Source: Vibrio vulnificus CMCP6
GTDB taxonomy: Bacteria; Pseudomonadota; Gammaproteobacteria; Enterobacterales; Vibrionaceae
Assembly (NCBI RefSeq): GCF_000039765.1
Contig: NC_004459.3
Span: 3,076,104-3,108,103 of the forward strand
Reading direction: 5' to 3'
Length of the DNA stretch: 32,000 bases
Below, piece by piece: positions 26,575 to 32,000 of this stretch (position 1 is its first letter; each line of letters opens with the position of its first letter). Made by a program: the position numbers and the translations under genes. The notes under the pieces are model-generated. The model was given only the letters and a program-made list of their open reading frames with translations. It had not been told where the DNA came from and made no database searches.

Positions 26575-27216
26575 TTAACGAGTTGAAGTTTGCATCAATG
26601 CCTTGGCTTGATGAATGGAGCGGATAACAGCTTCTCTGTCCAATTTAGGATCATTAGAATCCAGCAAATAGGTCCACGTATCAATCGCTTGCTGAAAACG
26701 AAAAGAGATAAAATGATCATTCGCGAGCAGCGATAAGGCGGCTTCATTGTAAGGTTCAAGTTGTAAGGCTTGCTCAAGCAAAAGGCTTACCTCACCACTC
26801 ATTTGCTGAGATCCAAGGTAGTACAATGCGGTTGCTTTTGCCGCAAGTTGAGTAGAGGAAGGGTGCTCGGTCAGCTGTATTGCATAGTCGAAACAGATCA
26901 AAGCAGCATCCAACTCTTTATTGAGCAGATACCCTTGCCCAAGTTGAAACCACAACCCCGCATCATTCGGATTCTCTTTTAATTGAACTTGCAATTGCGC
27001 CATCAAATCCTCTGCCGTCATGCTCCTGAACATCGCATTTTCTGGCTTTGTTTCGGGGCGGGGGCTCTGCAGTACACCATAGGTAATTACAGCGCCGATC
27101 ATCGTTAATAAGCTAAGTAAATACCATTGTTTCGCTGCCCATTTCGCGGCCGCCATCCAGATACTGATCAGAAAAAACAGCATCATAATTGTCGCGATAA
27201 TTAACCAGCTATCCAT
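26575..27216 (-). CDS. nrfG: TPR-repeat heme-lyase accessory protein NrfG (CcmI C-terminal-like)
   Basis: The C-terminal part NPNDAGLWFQLGQGYLL...ALYYLGSQQMSGEVSLLLEQALQLEPYNEAALSLLANDHF...AIDTWTYLLD is colinear with E. coli NrfG as I remember it. It has N-terminal TM helices. I prefer the ATG at 27216 (AAGGA 8 nt upstream) to the track's TTG at 27267. Confidence 0.85.
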   Translation of the reverse strand: MDSWLIIATIMMLFFLISIWMAAAKWAAKQWYLLSLLTMIGAVITYGVLQSPRPETKPENAMFRSMTAEDLMAQLQVQLKENPNDAGLWFQLGQGYLLNKELDAALICFDYAIQLTEHPSSTQLAAKATALYYLGSQQMSGEVSLLLEQALQLEPYNEAALSLLANDHFISFRFQQAIDTWTYLLDSNDPKLDREAVIRSIHQAKALMQTSTR

Positions 27217-27305
27217 ATGATTATCCTTTAGAAAATGAGCGGCTAGCTTAGCAAACTTTTTAAGCAACTGCTTTGACCCATTGCCAACTTCCTATCGACA
27301 AAAAT

Positions 27306-27338
27306 AAAAAAAAGCCAGATAGTTTGCACTATCTGGCT
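27306..27338 (-). terminator. gyrA terminator
   Basis: AGCCAGATAGtttgcaCTATCTGGCT, a 10-bp stem, followed on the minus strand by an 8-T run. It lies 25 nt after the gyrA stop. Confidence 0.9.
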
Positions 27339-27362
27339 TTGTTATGTCGTTGCTAAGCAAGA

Positions 27363-30074
27363 TTACTCTTGGTCGGCTGCGTCATCGTTGTCTGCTTGAG
27401 GATCTTGTGCCTGAGGTGCTTGCTCAGTCGCTTCCGTTGCGTCCGCTTCTTCGCCTTCTGGCAACTCAGTTTCTTCAACTTCATCAATGCGCTGTAAGCC
27501 CACGACCGATTCGTCTTCTGCAGTACGGATCAGGGTGACACCTTGAGTGTTACGACCCACTTGGCTCACTTCCGCCACACGAGTACGTACTAGTGTACCA
27601 GCGTCCGTGATCATCATGAATTCGTCACCGTCTTCAACTTGAACCGCACCAACAACACTACCGTTACGCTCAGAAACCTTAATAGACACAACACCCTGAG
27701 TGCCGCGGCCTTTGGTTGGGTACTCTGAAAGCACAGTACGTTTACCGTAACCGTTTTCAGTCACAGTAAGGACATCGCCGTCATTCTTCGGTACGATCAG
27801 TGACACAACTTGATCGCCATCAGCGAGTTTCATACCACGAACACCTGCCGCGGTACGGCCCATAGGACGCACGCCTTTGAACTTGATCTCTGGCTGACCG
27901 TTCTCATCAAGAGCTGGGTTACCATTTTCATCCAGTACTGGGCTCTCTTCTGCTTCTTTGAAGCGCACCACTTTACCAAATTTAGAGAACAGCATGATTT
28001 CGCTTTCGCCGTCAGTGATATCAACACCAATCAGCGAATCTTCATCACGTAGGTTCACAGCGATAAGACCATTTGCACGAACGTTGGAGAATTGATCAAG
28101 TGAGGTCTTCTTCACCGTACCATCGCCAGTTGCCATGAAGATAAACTTGTCAGCACTGAACTCTGTTACCGGTAGAATAGCCGTAATACGTTCGCTTTCT
28201 TCCAGCGGTAGTAGGTTCACAATTGGCTTACCACGAGCCGTGCGGCTGGCGAGAGGCAATTGATATACTTTCAGGCGGTAAGTCTTACCACGTGTTGAGA
28301 ACAACAAAATGTTGTCGTGCGTGTTCGCTACCAATAGACGTTCGATGTAATCTTCATCTTTCATCTTGGTTGCGCTCTTACCCTTACCACCACGACGCTG
28401 TGCTTCGTAGTCGCTTAGAATTTGGTACTTAACGTAACCTTCGTGAGAAAGCGTCACAACAACGTCTTCACGAGCGATCAGCTCTTCAAGATCAATGTCA
28501 TGGCTCGCAGCGGTGATTTCAGTACGACGTACATCGCCGAATGCATCACGAACCATTTCAAGTTCTTCGCGAATCACTTCCATCAAACGTTCAGTGCTTG
28601 CAAGGATATGCATCAACTCTTTGATTTCGTCTAATAGCGCTTTGTACTCGTCTAGGATCTTCTCGTGCTCTAGGCCTGTCAGTTTATGTAGGCGTAGATC
28701 AAGGATCGCTTGCGCTTGGGTTTCCGTTAGGAAGTACTGACCATCACGGATGCCATATTGAGGTTCAAGCCAATCTGGACGAGCAGCGTCAGTTCCGGCG
28801 CTTTCAAGCATGGCAGCTACGTTGCCCAGATCCCAGCCACGAGCCACTAAGCCCGCTTTCGCTTCTGCAGGAGTCGCTGCGTTACGGATCAATTCGATGA
28901 TTTCATCGATGTTCGCAAGAGCCAGCGCCAACGCTTCAAGGATATGGGCACGATCGCGTGCTTTCTTCAACTCGAAGATAGTACGACGAGTGACGACTTC
29001 ACGACGGTGATCAACGAAGCACTTCAACATCTCTTTCAAGTTGAATAGCTTTGGCTGGCCGTTATCAAGCGCAACCATGTTGATGCCGAAAGTCGTTTGC
29101 AGCTGAGTTTGGGCGTAAAGGTTGTTTAGAACCACTTCACCCACTGCGTCGCGCTTACATTCAATAACAATGCGCATACCGTCTTTGTCCGACTCGTCGC
29201 GCAGTGCACTGATGCCTTCTACTTTCTTATCTTTCACTAGCTCAGCGATCTTTTCGATCAAACGAGCTTTGTTCACTTGATATGGGATCTCAGTAACGAT
29301 GATGGTTTCTTTGCCATTCTTCTCGACTTCGATTTCCGCTTTTGAACGCATGTAGATTTTGCCGCGACCAGTTTTGTACGCGTCAATAATGCCTTTACGT
29401 CCGCTAATCAAAGCAGCCGTAGGGAAATCTGGACCAGGAATGTAATCCATCAGCTCATCAATCGTGATGGCTTCGTTATTGATGTATGCAAGGCAGCCAT
29501 CAATCACTTCCGTCAAGTTGTGCGGAGGAATGTTGGTTGCCATACCTACTGCGATACCGGAAGAACCGTTGACCAGCAGGTTTGGAATTTTCGTAGGAAG
29601 AACCGCTGGGATCTGTTCTGTACCGTCATAGTTCGGCACGTAATCCACGGTTTCTTTATCTAGGTCAGCCAAAAGCTCGTGGGCGATTTTCGCCATGCGA
29701 ACTTCGGTATAACGCATTGCTGCCGCGGAGTCACCATCGATCGAACCAAAGTTACCTTGGCCATCGACCAGCATGTAACGTAGCGAGAACGGTTGTGCCA
29801 TACGCACGATGGTGTCGTATACCGCACTGTCACCATGAGGGTGATATTTACCGATTACGTCGCCGACGACACGGGCAGATTTTTTATATGGTTTATTCCA
29901 GTCGTTGCCTAGTACATTCATCGCGTAAAGCACGCGGCGGTGTACTGGTTTTAGGCCATCACGCACATCCGGAAGAGCACGACCCACGATAACGGACATC
30001 GCGTAGTCAAGGTATGAACCTCTTAGCTCATCTTCAATGTTTACGGGCGTGATCTCTTTAGCTAGATCGCTCAT
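27363..30074 (-). CDS. gyrA: DNA gyrase subunit A
   Basis: A 903-aa [55 protein letters not shown] is near-identical to E. coli GyrA. The QRDR reads [17 protein letters not shown]. It has a beta-pinwheel CTD and an acidic tail. Confidence 0.99.
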   Translation of the reverse strand: MSDLAKEITPVNIEDELRGSYLDYAMSVIVGRALPDVRDGLKPVHRRVLYAMNVLGNDWNKPYKKSARVVGDVIGKYHPHGDSAVYDTIVRMAQPFSLRYMLVDGQGNFGSIDGDSAAAMRYTEVRMAKIAHELLADLDKETVDYVPNYDGTEQIPAVLPTKIPNLLVNGSSGIAVGMATNIPPHNLTEVIDGCLAYINNEAITIDELMDYIPGPDFPTAALISGRKGIIDAYKTGRGKIYMRSKAEIEVEKNGKETIIVTEIPYQVNKARLIEKIAELVKDKKVEGISALRDESDKDGMRIVIECKRDAVGEVVLNNLYAQTQLQTTFGINMVALDNGQPKLFNLKEMLKCFVDHRREVVTRRTIFELKKARDRAHILEALALALANIDEIIELIRNAATPAEAKAGLVARGWDLGNVAAMLESAGTDAARPDWLEPQYGIRDGQYFLTETQAQAILDLRLHKLTGLEHEKILDEYKALLDEIKELMHILASTERLMEVIREELEMVRDAFGDVRRTEITAASHDIDLEELIAREDVVVTLSHEGYVKYQILSDYEAQRRGGKGKSATKMKDEDYIERLLVANTHDNILLFSTRGKTYRLKVYQLPLASRTARGKPIVNLLPLEESERITAILPVTEFSADKFIFMATGDGTVKKTSLDQFSNVRANGLIAVNLRDEDSLIGVDITDGESEIMLFSKFGKVVRFKEAEESPVLDENGNPALDENGQPEIKFKGVRPMGRTAAGVRGMKLADGDQVVSLIVPKNDGDVLTVTENGYGKRTVLSEYPTKGRGTQGVVSIKVSERNGSVVGAVQVEDGDEFMMITDAGTLVRTRVAEVSQVGRNTQGVTLIRTAEDESVVGLQRIDEVEETELPEGEEADATEATEQAPQAQDPQADNDDAADQE

Positions 30075-30363
30075 AGAGCCATTATCCCTCTATTTTCTGA
30101 TCGTATGTACAATACGTGTAAGGTGCAAAAATATAACACACAATTCCCTAGTTCGGCATCACTTTCCCTGTCCTTTTATCAGGTTGTGACCTCGGTTGAG
30201 AATCAATCGAAGAGAAATTGCACATTTTTTGTCTATGCTGCTGATAAAGGGTGTAATTTTGACCAGTTCAGCACAAAAAGCAGTTTCTCTATGGAGGAAA
30301 AAAGCGAAGGCGTTATAATGCCGTCCTATTTTCAAGGAAGCAGAATCACCCAGAGCAGCGCTT

Positions 30364-31071
30364 ATGACTAAAACACAAAACGTTGACCCAAACGAAATCA
30401 AAAAATTCGAAGACATGGCTTCTCGCTGGTGGGACTTGGAAGGTGAGTTTAAACCACTTCACCAAATCAACCCGTTGCGTCTGGATTACGTACTGTCAAA
30501 AGCAGATGGTTTATTTGGCAAGAAAGTGCTCGATGTCGGCTGCGGCGGTGGCATTTTAGCCGAAAGCATGGCAAAAGAAGGCGCTGTTGTGACGGGATTG
30601 GACATGGGCAAAGAACCCCTTGAGGTTGCTCGTCTGCATGCTCTTGAAACCGGTACCAAACTCACGTATATCCAAAGCACTATTGAAGATCACGCGGCTG
30701 AAAATGCACAAATGTACGATGTCGTGACATGCATGGAAATGCTAGAGCACGTTCCCGATCCACTGTCTGTGATTCGTTCTTGTGCTGCACTGGTTAAACC
30801 GGGTGGCCACGTGTTCTTTTCTACCTTAAATCGCAATATCAAATCGTATCTGTTTGCGATTGTTGGTGCGGAGAAACTGTTGAAAATCGTTCCCGAAGGG
30901 ACGCACGACCATGACAAGTTCATCCGTCCTTCTGAATTGATTAAGATGATCGACCAAACCGATTTGTGTGAACAAGGCATCACAGGCTTGCACTACAACC
31001 CTCTGAGCGACACCTACAAATTGGGGCGTAATGTTGATGTCAATTACATCGTTCACACTCAGAAATTCTAA
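30364..31071 (+). CDS. ubiG: Bifunctional 3-demethylubiquinone-9 3-O-methyltransferase / 2-polyprenyl-6-hydroxyphenol methylase UbiG
   Basis: A 235-aa ORF with the SAM-binding motif [14 protein letters not shown] and the [12 protein letters not shown] motif. It is divergent from gyrA and upstream of nrdA, as in E. coli. Confidence 0.95.
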   Translation: MTKTQNVDPNEIKKFEDMASRWWDLEGEFKPLHQINPLRLDYVLSKADGLFGKKVLDVGCGGGILAESMAKEGAVVTGLDMGKEPLEVARLHALETGTKLTYIQSTIEDHAAENAQMYDVVTCMEMLEHVPDPLSVIRSCAALVKPGGHVFFSTLNRNIKSYLFAIVGAEKLLKIVPEGTHDHDKFIRPSELIKMIDQTDLCEQGITGLHYNPLSDTYKLGRNVDVNYIVHTQKF

Positions 31072-31092
31072 AGTAAAGTGAATGTAATTTTT

Positions 31093-31125
31093 AAAGGCAG
31101 TAGCACAAAACTACTGCCTTTTTTA
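31093..31125 (+). terminator. ubiG terminator
   Basis: AAAGGCAGTAGcacaaaaCTACTGCCTTT followed by TTT, 22 nt after the stop. Confidence 0.88.
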
Positions 31126-31325
31126 GTTAAAGCATGCACGTTTTTTGTGCTTGCGATTCCATTTTAACCAAGCCAGTTTTCGCATACAAAAAAGCATAAA
31201 GATCAAGAAAAATATTTTCGTTTGCGGTTAAGAATAAACCGATCCAAAAATCACACTTTTCTTCATCCAAGTGCGCTCTTTTCTCATCGGTAAGTGTTTA
31301 CTTACAGTTTTTTGTAATTTTGCAA

Positions 31326-31334
31326 GTTATCCAC
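31326..31334. promoter_or_regulatory. Consensus DnaA box upstream of nrdA
   Basis: TTATCCACA is an exact match to the 9-mer consensus, about 205 bp upstream of the nrdA ATG. The E. coli nrdAB promoter is known to carry DnaA boxes. Confidence 0.5.
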
Positions 31335-31404
31335 AAGTCATCCAGAGTCTGTGCCTTGAAAACCGATGCCAATAGCACTATCTTGTAACCCGAAAACATT
31401 AGTA

Positions 31405-31441
31405 CCCCTATATGTTGTGTTTGAACTACAATATGTAGATA
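31405..31441. promoter_or_regulatory. Two tandem NrdR-box-like palindromes
   Basis: CCCCTATATGTTGTGT (31405-31420) matches 13/16 of my remembered consensus acaCwAtATaTwGtgt. CTACAATATGTAGATA (31426-31441) matches 10/16 with a good core. Their starts are 21 bp apart, about two helical turns, and they overlap a TACAAT -10-like hexamer. Confidence 0.4.
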
Positions 31442-31538
31442 GACTTTGATCACAAAGCCACGAAGAAATTTACAGTTGTTTCAATAGAAACACACAAAAA
31501 TAAGGCTTTTATCAGTTTTGTTAGGGAAAGAAAGCAGA

Positions 31539-32000
31539 ATGAACCAACAACTTACCGTCACCAAGCGTGATGGCCGTAAAGAAAACATCGATCTAGAGAA
31601 GCTCCATCGCGTGATTACTTGGGCCGCCGAAGGCCTAGACAACGTCTCTGTTTCACAAGTAGAACTGCGCGCTCACATTCAGTTCTATGATGGCATCACG
31701 ACGAGCGATATCCACGAGACTATCATCAAATCTGCTGCTGACTTGATTTCTGAAGAGACGCCAGATTACCAATATTTGGCGGCTCGTCTTGCAGTCTTCC
31801 ACTTGCGTAAAAAAGCATACGGTCAATATGAGCCACCAACGCTGTACGATCACGTTGCGCGCCTCGTTGATATGGGTAAATACGACAAGCATATCCTTGA
31901 AGACTATACCAAAGCAGAGCTCGATGAGCTGGATGCTTACCTCGATCATAAACGTGACCTCGATTTCTCTTACGCGGCTGTAAAACAGCTTGAAGGTAAG
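31539..32000 (+). CDS. nrdA: Ribonucleoside-diphosphate reductase alpha subunit (class Ia), first 154 codons; continues beyond the window
   Basis: The frame is open to the window end. My translation MNQQLTVTKRDGRKENIDLEKLHRVITWAAEGLDNVSVSQVELRAHIQFYDGITTSDIHETIIKSAADLI... matches the ATP-cone N-terminus of E. coli NrdA. Confidence 0.96.
   Translation, partial: MNQQLTVTKRDGRKENIDLEKLHRVITWAAEGLDNVSVSQVELRAHIQFYDGITTSDIHETIIKSAADLISEETPDYQYLAARLAVFHLRKKAYGQYEPPTLYDHVARLVDMGKYDKHILEDYTKAELDELDAYLDHKRDLDFSYAAVKQLEGK

Noticed and set aside
29814-29831. gyrA quinolone-resistance-determining region, checked for resistance substitutions
   Set aside because: Codons 83 (AGT, Ser) and 87 (Asp) are wild type in the motif [10 protein letters not shown], so there is no resistance-associated change to report.
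30105-30416. 88-aa (+) and 85-aa (-) ORFs in the gyrA-ubiG divergent intergenic region
   Set aside because: They overlap each other and the promoter region and 5' end of ubiG. They have no Shine-Dalgarno, and their composition is typical of AT-rich non-coding DNA.
1-32000. Window-wide scan for CRISPR arrays, tRNA/rRNA genes, IS elements, integrases, toxin-antitoxin pairs or defence-island gene content
   Set aside because: I found none. All large ORFs are accounted for by conserved housekeeping or nrf genes, and the repeats found are confined to the nrf intergenic region and the rne coding repeats.

Overview
This window reads as core chromosome of a Vibrio-like gammaproteobacterium; the taxon is inferred from protein sequences and E. 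coli-like synteny blocks. Gene order is: fabH' <- plsX <- rpmF <- yceD | yceF(maf) -> | <- rluC | long leader + rne -> | SulP permease -> | <- LMW phosphotyrosine phosphatase | cobO/btuR -> | <- asmA <- udk | <- apbC(mrp) | metG -> | orphan membrane protein -> | <- nrfF <- nrfX(dsbE-like) <- nrfE <- nrfD <- nrfC(frame-disrupted) <- nrfB | nrfA -> | <- small 2-TM ORF <- nrfG | <- gyrA | ubiG -> | nrdA' ->. Most transcription units end in clear rho-independent hairpins. I found no tRNA or rRNA genes, no CRISPR array, and no transposase, integrase, phage or defence-island signature. I therefore cannot point to a large new system. The most interesting material clusters around the cytochrome c nitrite reductase (nrf) locus. 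(1) nrfC has its Tat signal in a different frame from its body. (2) The locus is split and divergent, and its control region carries a perfect 7-2-7 NarP/NarL-type palindrome plus an unexplained 30-35 bp direct repeat. (3) Three uncharacterised ORFs flank the locus: a 270-aa single-pass protein faintly resembling NIT nitrate/nitrite-sensing domains, a 76-aa 2-TM protein behind nrfG, and a possible 58-aa ORF behind nrfF. Also notable is an apparent duplication of the RhlB-binding-like microdomain in the RNase E C-terminal scaffold. All homology statements rest on my own reading and on remembered family motifs, not on searches.
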